Assembly: GCF_009914755.1 (NCBI RefSeq)
Contig: NC_060928.1
Direction: 5' to 3' (one strand)
DNA: 64,000 bases
From: the human T2T-CHM13v2.0 reference genome, Homo sapiens
A program made the translations under genes and the position numbers. The notes under the pieces are model-generated. The model did not search any database. It saw only the letters and a list, made by a program, of their open reading frames with translations, and was not told where the DNA came from. Position 1 is the first letter of the stretch. Every line of letters begins with the position of its first letter. Shown here piece after piece: positions 49,954 through 62,198 of the stretch.

Positions 49954-50498
49954 TGCCCTGTAGAAAATGAAGAATCTGCAGAAAATTATAAGAAAGAAGG
50001 AAAAGCAAAATGGCACAGACCCTCCACTTAGGAATCGTTGACTCCAGCAGACATTAGCACAGCCTTTTACTCTCTCCATATGTTTCACACTCAGCTGCGT
50101 ACTACGGAGGCCGTTGTGCATATGGCGACTGTAAGGCATCATTGGGAATATCATGAGGTGACATGACGTAGAGTTTGACGAATGGGGTGACAGACCCTAT
50201 CTGTCACCGGGAGGCTTATTGGTCTTCTGGTGCAGAAACAAGCCCCTGACTCATGTCATTAAATGTAAGTTACGGCCACAAGCATGTGGAAAATCATCGC
50301 TCAAGCACCTTGGCAATAACAGTGGCATGGTGTGGCTTCACGAGTCTTTTTAAGGGGAAAAAGAAGTGTTTCGTTCAGTAATTGCTCCTGGATGGGGGCC
50401 CAGCCTGCAACAGCTTGGCATGTGGAAGGCTCTGGTGCCAGGTACAATGCTGAAGAATCAGATGCGGAAAGAGAGTCTCTCTGAACCGCAAAGCCAAA

Positions 50499-50563
50499 TA
50501 TTAGGTTGAACCCTATAGAATTTTAACCTACAAAATGGACAATTTAATATCGTTTCACTGATT
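50499..50563. mobile_element. MER53-like small hAT remnant
   Basis: attaggttgaacc...aaaatggacaatttaatatcgtttca resembles the degenerate MER53 inverted ends. Confidence 0.5.
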
Positions 50564-52444
50564 GGTCCAAAGCACATTTTGTAGAATCAAGGAAGGAACC
50601 AAGCCCAAGAAAAGCAGGGCGGGGAAGTCATGGGGGCAGAACTCCCCACCACACCCCATCCTTCTTGCCCCTACCCTGCACCAGCGATGGCCTGATTCTT
50701 GAGTCTGGGGTCCCAGTAACTTCCCTAGTCTTGAATTCTTAGCTTTGATTCATCCCTCAGGGTTTGGGGCTCATGTTCAAGTCAGCTTTTCAAAGTTGTT
50801 CCTGAGGATAGCATTGTCTGCCCATTGATTTGAGAAGGCCCTTCTGCGACCTTCAGGAACGGGAAAGGTGGCCTGGCACCAACATGTTCCTTCCGGGCGT
50901 GGAGGCCAGGGTGCTGCTGCATCACCGGGCTCACAAACTCAGCCGGAGCTGCGTGAGGCCTGGTCCTCTGAAGTGCACTTCTTCAAGTTACTGGGAACTT
51001 GGTTTGTCCCCAAACCACCCCCGACCCCGCCCGCCTCCGCAGCTCAGGAAAGTTCAGCGCTTCCTCCTCCTCCTCACCTGCTCCCCACCCTGCCTCTCTT
51101 TCCTCTGGGGAGCACCTGCTGCCCAGCTCCCTGCCCCTTCCTGCCATGCCCGGGCTCCCTCCTTCCCCGCTTCATTCTCCGCGTCACATATTTTGTCTTC
51201 TTCAGCATCAGTTCTGTATGTTTCTGTTCCCAGGCAGTTTTGATCCACGCGTGGTTTTATTTCGTTGCCATCATTCCATTCTCCAGTTCCCGCTGTCTTT
51301 CTCATCAGCCTGGCTTGCCCATGGTGGGCATGCGACAGTTGCTAAAAATACCCTTCGGGCGGGCGGCTGGAGAAATCATTTTCATGGGGCACCCTCCCTC
51401 CCAGCCTTATGAGATGCGGTTGTGTTTGATTCGTCCTGCCGCAATTTTCCAAGGCCCCGGTTGCTGGGCTTCCTCTTCCTCATCCTCAGGTGAGAAAGGG
51501 TCCACCCACTCAGGTTTCACCCACACTCGGGATGAGTGGATGGCCCTCAGCCCAAGCGGCCGGGCCCCGGGCTGACAGTCTAACCCCTTCCTCAGACTCC
51601 GCAGGGGTGGCCTGGCGTGCACAGCTCCTGGGAGACACATTTCTGGTTTGTCTCTTTCCGGCAGCCCTGTTTCCCGACCCACTGAATGGATGAAGTGTCA
51701 GACAAAACGCCTGCTGTATACCCAGTGTGAACAGGGCCGTGGTCCAGGGCAGGATGCTGCCTTCTGAATGCAGGGCTCACCTCCAGCTCAACTGTCCCCA
51801 CTCCCGGTGGGTTTTGAAGACTGATGAGTGGGAAGAGAAGGCAGTGTCAGTGCATAGGAGGCAGACCCCGTCTTCTGGTGGGGAAAAAAGCATTTTTCTA
51901 TTTTGGGACGTGAGAGAGGAGATGAAGCACCTCCTTCCCTGTGTTCATCCTGGCGGGCTGGCTTCATCTCTCTACCTCACTGCGTTTGGAATCACTTTGT
52001 AGGCGACACACACTCATACCTGTCCTAGCTTCCAATGCTCTGTGAGCCTTGTTCTCTTATAAGCCCTGAGATGGGGAACCGTGGACCAGGGGCTGTTTTA
52101 AAGCAACAGTCCCACGATTGTTCCAATTTTTCCCACACATGAGACTCTGCACCTCTCATTTAAAATGTCAGTTTTTGAGGGGCGGAAGTGACGCCTCACA
52201 TTTTCTCTGCACCCCCGTCAAGTCTGAAATCGTGCCGGATGCAGAGGAGACACTCAGCTCAGAGTGGCTGCTCTGGTTTAGGGCTGAGGGCTCAGAAGCT
52301 CCTGGGTTTAGAGTCAGCAGAGGAATCTGTGCTGTGAGAAGTCGACGCATCTCGGTCAGCGTGGGTGGCACAGTGCACGCCTGATCGCGTGTTCTTTTGT
52401 TTTAAAATTCTACCGCACTGTCATAAAACACTTCCTGCATCGAG

Positions 52445-52590
52445 GCGGAGCTCACCTCCATCAGGCTGCAGTTTCCTCATCTGTAAAATGGGAGTAATAT
52501 ACCCACTGTTATGGGCGTTTTTGGGGGGATCTTGAGGACTGAGTCAGGTGATGCTGGGGAATGGAGTGCCCAGGGCCTGGCCCCTCGGGA
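52445..52590 (+). mobile_element. MIR
   Basis: cagtttcctcatctgtaaaatgggagtaata is the MIR core. Confidence 0.85.
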
Positions 52591-53039
52591 GCTGGGGTTT
52601 GTTCATTTGTTTCCTTTGTTAGGTGGGAAGGCAGCGTGGACCTGCCTGGCTCCCAGGGGCACCTGCTTTCCAAGGCGTGGATGCTCTGGGATGAGGCCTC
52701 CTCCCACTCTGCCCATTCTGTCTGTGACACTGGCCCTCCGGGTTTGCTTTCAGGTCCCCAGATGTGCAGCTTCTGTCTCCTCTGGGCTTTTGGATGTGGT
52801 TTTTGCCAGAGTGGCCCCTTACTCCGACCTGGGACTGGCACTCACTCCTTCCTGGGAGCCCGCCCCGCTCTTGGTTCCTCTTCTGTGCCCTCCCAGGACA
52901 CCCTCACTCTTTGCTGCTCTCTCTCCCCTCTGGGCATCCTAATTGCCACTTTCCAGGCTGCCTCTCCCCTCAGACCATAAGTCTCGAAAGCAGGGACAGC
53001 GTCTCTCATTCACAGTACGGGCGGGTGACGATGGATGCA

Positions 53040-53435
53040 TTCTTAAAAATGTAATTGATAACATGACATAAAACTTAGCATTTTAACCATTTCACATGCA
53101 CAGTTCGGTGTCACTAAGCACATTCACAATGCTGCGCAGCCCTCAGTACCCTCCACCCGTGGAGCCTTTCTTCTCAGACTGAAGCCCTGTCCCCTTTAAA
53201 CGCCAACCGCTCCCCTTCCCGCAGCCCCTGGCACCTGCCCTTCTCTCTGTCTCTATGAGTTTGACTCTAGGGACCTCGTACGATAGACTCCTACAGGATT
53301 TGTCCTTTTGTGACCGGCTTATTCCACTGAGCACAACGCCCTCAAGGTGCTCCCTGTCATGGTGTGCCGGCCGTTCCTTCCATTTTAAGGTTGAATACTG
53401 TAACAAATATATTTCACATAGAGCAAATGTTTGCA
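53040..53435 (-). mobile_element. L1MB-type 3' UTR fragment
   Basis: cattttaaccattt...cagcccctggca...tctgtctctatgagtttgactctagggacctc...tttgtccttttgtgaccggcttatt. Confidence 0.85.
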
Positions 53436-54179
53436 CGTAGCTCCTCTGAGATGGGGTCCCGTGGTTTCTGTTTGGACCTTTCCAGGGACAAGGAACTCCC
53501 ACATGGGGTGGCCACTTCCTTACGGGGCAGGTCTGATAGCTAGACTGTTACTTATTTGTACAGAGCTGGTCCTGGCTCTGCACTCCGGCATCCCTGCGTG
53601 CAGACAGGGAGAGGTCTGGCATCTGCTGCTGTATGGCCGGCGTCTCTCACATGGCCTCAGACCCCAGGAGCTCTGGAAGTGGCCTCTTTCTGCCTCCAAG
53701 ATGGATGGAAGACGTGGCTCGGCCCGGCCTCACCTTCTGACCTGTCCCCTCTGCCAGCCCACCCAACCCAAATGCTCTGAAGGAACTGTACTCGGTAGCC
53801 CTCCATGGGGAGCCGCCCAGCACATTGTGGAGGGGCCTGGAGTGCTGGGGCTGCCTTTCCTGGCAGTGCCAGCAGCCAGCAGTTTTTTTTTATCTCAAAG
53901 CAGAGGTGTGTGGTGTTTTCCTGCTGCCCACCTTTCCAGGTGGAGAAAGAAATGGGTCCTGGCTCCAGGAAGGGGGGAAACCATGTCCCTGTACCGTGCC
54001 TCAGTTTCCCCATCTGTACACTGTGGAATGGCAGTGCGTGGGCAGGGCAGGCAGAGGGGCCGCCCCACAGTGCCAGCCTGTGTGCACCAGCTCTGTTGTC
54101 ACGGCTGCCCAGCGCCCGGAGCTTAGTGAGGTTAGAGCTTTTCATCGTTCTCCTTCCCCTACAAACCTACAAACTCAAA

Positions 54180-54330
54180 AGTTAATATAGTAGCGTGTCT
54201 TTGCTCTTTTAAACCAATGACGTAAGTCACTTCACCAGTTTGCTTTACACCGGTTAATCAATTACTGAACAGTTGCAGTATCCTCCTCTCTTTTGCTGTT
54301 AGCTGGTGCTAACTGAAGTAAAAGCGAGTG
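54180..54330. promoter_or_regulatory. Putative enhancer: CCAAT/CRE-like and HNF1-like motifs in an AT-rich unique island
   Basis: CCAATGACGTAA at 54214-54225; GGTTAATCAATTAC at 54252-54265. Motif evidence only. Confidence 0.35.
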
Positions 54331-55355
54331 TCATCTCTCCGGCCCTCACCGCTGCCTTCACCACCATTTACCCACGCGGATGTTGAGCTTCCCGCCAGGG
54401 CTCAGGGAGCTCACAGTGGGAAGCAGAGGGCTTGAGAAGGGGTGGCTCTGCCTGACACTCCCCGGCTCCCAGCTGGGCCCACTTCCAGGTAGTGGGTTGG
54501 GGCAGGACCCGCAGGGCACAGTGCTTCCCCTGCCCTTCCCCACGGGGTTGGAGGCTCTGGAGGCAGCACCCTCCCTGGGGAATCCTGGGGATTCAGGAAC
54601 ATCCCGAAGGTGCTCATTTTCATCCGTGGTTAAATGCTGAGTTTGTCTTGGCTGCTGGGTTGAGCCCTGGAGCCACATCCTGGCCGGAGCAGCTCTCCCG
54701 TCTATAGGTCCTGGCCCACCTTGCCCCTTGTGCTTCTGCACTGGCGCCCCTTGTGCTTCTGCACTGGCACCCCTTGAGAGGGCAGCTTGGGCAAAAGAAA
54801 GGCTTGCTTTTGAGTAAATTGGTGGCAGACCCCTCTCAGCGAACTTCAGCCCACTTGCTTTTGGAAAATGACTCTGCGTGTTATTATGTTTTGCAAGACA
54901 TCAAAGGATGTGGAAAATCCATTATAAATACCAGGGTATGTTGCTCGCCCGAAGGGCCAGGGTTACTGAGGTGGGGGCGGGGGTGGAGCCTTGGGTTTCC
55001 ATTCAGTTCCTTCTGCTCTCCTTCCCCTCCGTGGCCCCAAGCAGGGACCTCTCCTCCCTGGGGCTTGACCCAGTGGCTGGAGGGAGGGAGGGGCCTGTCT
55101 GAATTCACCCTCTGCACTGCTGCACCTGGAGCTGCTGCTGCGCCCAGGGTTCTTGGGTGCACCGGTAAAGGCGAGCAGCTGGTGGGTCAGAGGGAGGAGG
55201 CAAAGGGAAATGAAATGCTCCAAGCCCTCTCAAGGCAGAGATTGGCATCTTCCAGCATTGAAGAGGCACTGTTGGGCGGGTGAGGCCTTCGGGAGGAAAC
55301 AAACGCGGTACGCCAGGGAGTGGGGGCTGTCGGCTGCCGGGAACAAGGCTGCATG

Positions 55356-55487
55356 GTGTGTGCGTGTGTGTGCATGTGTGCGTGTGTGTGCATGTGTGTG
55401 CTTGTACGCGTGTGCGTGTGTGCATGTGTGTGCTTATGTGCATGTGCGTGTGTGCACTTGTGTGCTTGTGCTTGAGTGCGTGTGCAC
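55356..55487. repeat. (TG/CG/CA)n alternating purine-pyrimidine tract
   Basis: Directly visible. Confidence 0.9.
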
Positions 55488-55519
55488 TCACTGCAGGTCA
55501 TGGGGGCAGACCTGGGAGG

Positions 55520-55710
55520 GGGAGTCTGGGCTCCAGGGCCAGCTCTGTGACTTTTAGTCAACAGCTCCTCCTCTTTAAGCCTCAGTTTCCCCTCTGTGCA
55601 CAGAGGCCCTGGGCTGCAGCCCTGAGCACTGCCCTCTCCCGTGGGCTCCCCAGGTGTGTAGAACAGTTTGCAGAGTGCTGGCCTGGGTCCCAGGGCCCGT
55701 CTGTCTCCCG
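55520..55710 (+). mobile_element. MIR
   Basis: ctgtgactttt...ctctttaagcctcagtttcccctctgt...cagagtgctggcc. Confidence 0.65.
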
Positions 55711-58054
55711 CTTGTTGGTAAGAATCCCTGAAGAATTCTGTGCAGAATCCCTCGTTTCCTCCAGCAGGTATCTGACAGGCACCACAACCTGAGCATGTGT
55801 AGATGGACGCTGGTTTCTTCTGCTCTCTGCCTCATCTCAGGTCCGGCCCTGCCACCTGTCCAGGGGCTTAGCCCAGAACCCCAGAATCTGCTTTGATGCC
55901 CCCGGGTCTGCAGGCAGACTTTGCTCTCGAAGGCACCTGAGTCTCACCTCCTTGGCCGTCAGCTTGGCACAAGTTACCCTGGCTGCTCCCCAGACTGTTC
56001 CCATGGCCTGGCCCTGGCCGGGGACTCCCACTCTGCTTGCGGTCCTGAAGACAGCCAGAGAGGCCTTTGAGAGTGGAAGGCAGACACCATATGCCACCGC
56101 CCCCAGCTGACACTCATAGGGGCTGCCCCTCATGCTCTGGATAAAACTCCGACTGGCTACTGTGCCTCTTTGGGTCTCCCCGGCCCAGGCCTGGCCAGGG
56201 GTTCCAGCCTTCACCAGGGGAAGGAGCATCTGTGAGTCCAGGGAGTGTGCCTGGCCCAATGCCTCTGCCCAGGGCCTTTGTGCCTGCCGTCCCCTCCCCA
56301 ATTCCACGCCTCCTGTTGCCCTCCGCAGAGGCACCTCTCCCGTGACCTCCAAGCACACCACCCACTAAATCTCCGCCCTTCCTCTGCCTGCCTGCCCTCC
56401 CAGCACAGCCACTCTGTCCGCTCAGGCTCCTGAGCTGCTTACTTGTTCACCTGTCTTCTGCTGGAAACCAGGGAGCCCTCCCCTCGCTGGCTGTGGGGTC
56501 TGGGAACAAAGCAGTCTTAATAAATACTTCTCGAAAGAATGGAGTATGTGGTTGAATAAATAAGTCCCAGACAGGAGTTCCTTCTAAAATGGTCTAGTTC
56601 AGGCTTCTCAGTTGCAGGTGGGGAAACTGAGGCCCTGAGCGGGCGGAGGTGGAGGGAAGTTGAGTGGCCCTGCCTGCATCTCCCACCAGCGCTACCTCGC
56701 ATCCTCCTACAGCATGCGAGCAGGGTTATTACTCCCATTTTCTCAGGAGGAAACCGAGGCCCCAGCATGGCATCTGTCCTCGGCCACCTCTGGCAGCTCC
56801 AAGGTGCTCTTTGCTGCCCATAGCGGTGAGCAGGTCGGCCGCAGGCAATTCCAGGCCACTGGGAGGGGTGGACCTGGCCAGACCCAGCCTCCAGGGAAAA
56901 TGAAGGTTCCAGCAGGTCCCGGCAGGTTCTGGCAGGTTCTGCAGTCCCTCCTTGACTGAGGCTCCTCTGTCCACGTGCCGGTCCTGGCTGCCCACCTGTG
57001 CAGAACCTGGCACGGCCAAGACTTCGTCCTCTGCGGTTCTGGAACATCTGCTTCCCGTCTGGTCATTTCTGCGGCTCTGGGCAGTTCTCTGGTGCCCTGA
57101 GAGCTCTTCCCTGGCTAAGGTACCGGTAAACAGTCAGGGGATCCTGAAAGCTCAGGCCCCTCCCCAGGCCAGGTCCCGGGAGGAGAGGCCCCACCCGCGT
57201 GGCCGCAGCGTCTGGGAAGGCAGCGTGAAAGCATGTGCACCGCTAGGCTCGGGAGCCCATTGCTCCCCAAGAGCTTTGCCCCTGGAGACCCTGATTTCAG
57301 CCCACAAGAAGAGTGTGGGGCGTGGTGCATGGGTGCTGGGCATGAAGCCTGCCCCTGCCCCGCGTTTGTATTCGGTGGTGACCGTGGGTGGTTGCTCACT
57401 GCTTCTGGCCCTGGGTCTTGAGGTCTGTGGAGTAGGGTAATGCCACACCCCACGAGGGTCCTGTGAGGACACAGGCCTGCCCCACCCCTTCCTCTCTGTG
57501 ACCCCACCACTCACCTAAGTCTCACCCTCACTTTGGCCCCTCTGACATATGCGGCACTGGCGGCATGGTCTTCCTCAAACCCAAGTCTGATGACCCTTCC
57601 ATTCCAGGATGGTGGGGGCAGGATGGCTCCATCTACCGGGGGACACTTGCCCACCAATAGCTGCCCTGCTTCCTTCTCTGTGATGGGCACCCAGGGCCAG
57701 GGCCCAAGTGACCCGTTCTTCTGTGGAGATGCTGGGTGGCACGTGATCCCTTCTGCTGGCTCTGGTGTCTTCATGACCAGCTTCTCTGAGTCGGGAGACA
57801 CTCAGCCTTTCACAATGTGCCACGGCAGCCGGTGCCTGGGGCAACTGGACTTGTGGCCCCTCAGAGTCTGGCTGCCCTGCGGTTGCTGGGGCTCTTCTTG
57901 TCCTCCTTGAACCCTCACCTGTCCACCCTGTCACCAAGTCTGTCCCCACTACCTCCTGAAGACAGAAGGGTCCAAATGGATCCCTTCCCCCAGCTGGATA
58001 AGGAGCCCGGTTCTGGGCAGCACCGGAAGGAGGCCAAGGGTCTTCAGTCACCTG

Positions 58055-58286
58055 GAGCTGATCTTCCCTCCCTCCCCCAGGGCTGTCCCCCTCCCTCCCC
58101 CGGGGCTGATCCTCCCTCCCCAGGGTTGTCCCCCTCCCTCCCCTGAGGCTGATCCTCCCTCCCCCAGGGCTGATCCTCCCTCCCCTAAGGCTGATCCTCC
58201 CTCCCCTAAGGCTGATCCTCCCTCCCCCGGGGCTGATCCTCCCTCCCCAGGGTTGTCCCCCTCCCTCCCCTGAGGCTGATCCTCCC
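58055..58286. repeat. C-rich 21-bp minisatellite (GGCTGATCCTCCCTCCCCTAA variants), about 11 copies
   Basis: ctgatcc at 58149, 58170, 58191 and onward. Confidence 0.93.
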
Positions 58287-58296
58287 TTGTTGCACT

Positions 58297-58588
58297 TGTT
58301 CAGAGAAAAACTTCAGGCAAATTAAAGCTGATTGAGGAGGGAACGATTCTCAGCTGGGCAGCCCCTGGGGGCGGAATAGGTTCTGAGAGACTCCAGGGTG
58401 GCCCCGCGGTTGGATAGCATTTGCCCACAGAGATGGAGGTGACGTCCAGAAACAGCCGGCTTGGTTGCTGCAGGAGTGGGTCACGTCTGTACACCTGCAG
58501 TTAGGTACAGTTCACTACAGACCTAGAAACCTTTAGGCGGAACTCACAATACAGAAGGAGGCAGCTTTCTGCTAAGCTGAATGTAACA
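58297..58588 (-). mobile_element. MER57-like ERV1 solo LTR (internally deleted)
   Basis: cagttaggtacagttcacta...agaaacctttaggc...aaggaggcagcttt...aca; flanks cact/catt. Confidence 0.8.
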
Positions 58589-58644
58589 CATTTATGATTG
58601 TTACCACAGAGCACCCATGCTCCTGACCCTGTGCCAGCATTTTA

Positions 58645-59077
58645 TGTGAGAAAGAAAAGAAACTTTTAATCTGAGGAATGTGAGCTCCGTTAAATTATCA
58701 GGCCCAGAGAGGCATTAAAATGTGACAGCAGCCACGTCCCACTCCCCCTCGAGCTAGAGAACGACCTCTTGAATCTGCCAGCTGTATGGGCTCTAGGCTG
58801 ACACCGGGTAGCCATAAAGTGCCTCCTGCTGGACCCTGTAACTCATCCTCTAGAATCAATGGTGACGGCCAATCACCGATCCATGCTGTCTCTTAAACCA
58901 ATGAGAACTCCTGTCAGAGGACTTTGTATCCGCCCACTCCTTACCTGCTTTGCCTTTAAAACCTGCTTGTAACAAAGGCCGAGGTAGCACCCCCAATGTC
59001 CCAGCCACCGTCCTCAACCTTGACCCAAATAAACTCTCTCTGTTCATTGTGCCTCAGTTTCTTTCTTGTGATTGACA
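58645..59077 (+). mobile_element. MER4-group ERV1 solo LTR (LTR54-like; family uncertain)
   Basis: TG...CA ends, two CCAAT boxes, tttaaaa TATA-like site, aataaa at about 59027, terminus gattgaca. Confidence 0.75.
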
Positions 59078-59919
59078 GTGGTCATTATCACAGAAGTCCT
59101 CACTCGATGTAGGGGCTACCAAAACCACATCCCTGCCGAGACCGTGAGCCCTGGGGCGCAGGCATCCTGCCCGTCACAGCCCACAGGTCCCTATTCTTTA
59201 AAATCGCCCATCCGTGCTTTCTGTCACTTACTCATTCACACCGCGATATTCATGGGGCACAGGTGTGCTGTGTCCCGCTCCAGGGTCTGGGGTTGTGACA
59301 ACAATAAGGAAGATGAAACCGCAGTGCTGTGGACTCAGCATCGTTGGCGGGACCCCCAGGGCTTCCCTCATCCCTTCTGTGGGTCTGGCGCGTGGCAGGT
59401 GCATGTGTGCTGGTGGCCTATGCACTGTGAGCTGTGGCAGGACACCCTGCAGGGAGGGCCTGGCTCCTGGCCCAGGCCTGAGCCCCAGAGCCCCCTAGAA
59501 GGATGATCTCAAACTTCAGATGCTCAGGGCTGGCCAGGCCACACCTTTGTGTCTATGGATCTGTTTCCTCTTCATTTATTGCAAAAAAAAGGAAAAAATG
59601 CGAAGCCGAGGAATCCACTCCCCGCTCTGCCCAGAGGAAAGAAGACACAAAACAAAAGGCAGGAAAGCCTGCAGGTCGGGAGAGAAATGGCACCGAGTGT
59701 GGCCAATCAGCTTCCAGACAGTCTAAGGCCTCAGTGCTTCATAAAAATAAATTGGCTGTGCGTACTTGAAACAGGAGGTTTATGACACCCGGAAGCCAGT
59801 GCACTCTTTTTTCATGCAAATAAGGATGTCAAGTCTGCCTGTGCCCGGGGATGTGGGCTCCCTCCCTCCCCTGGTCCCCCTCTTCCCTCTCCCGCTCCCC
59901 CTCTCTGCACAGGTGCCTA

Positions 59920-60110
59920 ATGGTAATATCTGGTGTTTACTGAGCACCTAAGTGGAGGCCCTGTGCTAAGGTGCTAAGGACTTTGCATGTTCTCAATCAA
60001 TCCCCTCAGCAACTCCATGAGGATGGATACAACTATTCTCGTGCCATTTTACAGATCAGCGAAGTGAGGGCCCAAGGGGCAGAAGCACGGCCAGGAAGCA
60101 ACGCGCCAAC
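59920..60110 (-). mobile_element. MIR
   Basis: tttactgagcacct...ctgtgctaag...ccattttacagat...gagg. Confidence 0.8.
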
Positions 60111-61654
60111 TCCAAGCCCAGGCGCTGGCTGGGGTCTGAGTGAGGAGGGGTCCGGCTCCCTCTCCCACCTCTCATGGGGGCTGCCTGGGGTGGGGGAAAG
60201 GCAGGGGCTTCACCCTCTGCCTGCAGGTCCACATTCAGGTGACCCTTGTCGCCTACCCACTGACTCCCTTTCTCTGGTTTTTCAAACATGAATACACACC
60301 ATGCTGATGACAAACCCAGCCCCTGACACTTTGGTGAGAATAAGCTCGTTTTTCTTCCTAAGAGGAGACGACTGGAGGAAAATGTTGGCGTCTCCGTCGC
60401 TGACCCTCCGTCTCGCTGGTGGAGGATGTGAGGCTGGAAGAGGGAGAGGAAGTCGCCCCTAAACCAGGGATCTCTGACATGGCTTTGGGGATTTGTCCTG
60501 GCTTCTTCAAGTGTTTTTCCAAAATACTTAAAAATAACATTCTCTTAACTCAATGTAACTACGAAGTATGTGCGCCCTGGCCCTCTCGGGGAGTGCGTCA
60601 TGAATTCCCCAGTGGTGAGGAGGTGTCAGAGCTCAGAACACACAGCGGCCGGGCCCCACAGGAGGCTGCCAACCCTGCACCAGAAAACAATCCCATGACA
60701 TCCCTAGGGTGCAATGCCTTGCAATGCCTCACGCCTGGAGCACCCCCCCGCCCGCACACATACACAGCACCCCCTCTTCAGTCTCACACCAAGGCCTGGA
60801 GCGCCGAGCTCTGAGCCACGCCTTCCTCCACCGAGGAGCCGGCTGGGCGTCCTGGAACCCTGGCTCAGGCTTCTCCTGGCACAGCCCGTCTCCACCCGGC
60901 TGGGCCTGGCAGAGGGGCCCAGGGAGACCTGTCTCTGGTCCCCACTCCCCTGTGTGCTTCCTCTCTGACCCTCCTGGTGCCTCCCCTCCCCTGTGCCTGG
61001 CAGCCTCTCCCAGGGTCGCAGTGCCTGGGGCCTTCACTGTGGGACCAGCCTTGCTTTAGTCACTCTCGGCCGTCTTTCCTCTCCCTGGGCTCAGATTTCC
61101 TTGGGAGCTTCTCTAGCATTTTATTTTACCTTGCAGTTGTGTTTGCTTTCAGCAGGCTGCTTGTCCCTGTTTCAAAACAAGGAGGATACAAACCCCACAA
61201 TCCAACCCGCTGGCACCCCGGCCAGCTCTCAGCAGCCCCAGGAAGCCCCGGGCTCCCTGCCAGGCTGGGGCTTTCTCCTGGCGTCTGCCCAACCTCACAC
61301 GGCATGAGGCACCCTGGTCTCCAGCCCCCGGTCCCCTTCCCTTCCCCTAAAGGCTGTTCTGTTCCATCCTGCCCTGCTCCAGGCTCCAGCAGAGTTGCAC
61401 ACTTTGACATACACGACATGGGGGCCGCTAGACACACGGTGTCTGCAGATCTGACATCTCCCCACACACCCGCCCTCCAGCCTCGGGGACGTGGTCTCTC
61501 CTGCTGGGCCCTTCTGGTCTCTTCTGCTAACGGCCCCCAAGTCTGTCCTGGACCTTCTGTCCCTGTCCCCAGCCTTCCCTCCTCTCCTTTGTCTCTCTGC
61601 CCTGGCCCACAAGCTCCCTGAGTCCCCAGCCAGAAAGGGCTCTGGAGGATGTGC

Positions 61655-62198
61655 TGCTGCCAGAAAAGTGGGTCCCGATCCAGACCCCAACACGGGTTCT
61701 TAGATCTCACTCAGGAAAGAATTCAAGCGAGTCACAGAGCTCTGCGAAAGAGGCAAGTTGATTCGAAATGACTTCATTACAGAGTAGGGCGTCCTCCAAA
61801 AGCGGGAGGATGAAGGCAGCATCCTCCACTGGTGCTGCCATTTCGTAAGAAACCATCAGGAGCTCTAACTGAGCCTGGAACGTGCAGATGCTCTCACTCA
61901 ACCGAGGACTGTCAGTGACCGTGCATCCTCCAGCCTCAGCCGCTAACTGTCCTCATCCCTGAGCACAGTGGCCTGCACTCTCAGGACATCTGGATGTCCT
62001 GCAGGCTTGCCAGGAGATGTCCTGTATGGCCATAAATATTCTGCAATTATCACTGGTGGTCAGCTTAGGATGTGGCTATTTTCAGAACACAAGCATTACC
62101 TTACAGGTGCCTTGTGAGTGCCTAGTTACACACTTCAAGATGGAGTCATTCTGGTCACGTTTTATTAAACCAGGGACCTGGTGAGCAGGGGTCCCACA
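61655..62198 (-). mobile_element. LTR10-family (ERV1/HERV-I) solo LTR
   Basis: ggtcccgatccagaccccaa...gggttcttagatctc...ggtggtcagcttaggatgtggctattttcaga...ttcaagatggagtca...ttttattaaaccag. Confidence 0.75.

Noticed and set aside
54723-54776. 23-bp tandem duplication (GCCCCTTGTGCTTCTGCACTGGC x2.3)
   Set aside because: Real but an ordinary small slippage duplication with no evident function.
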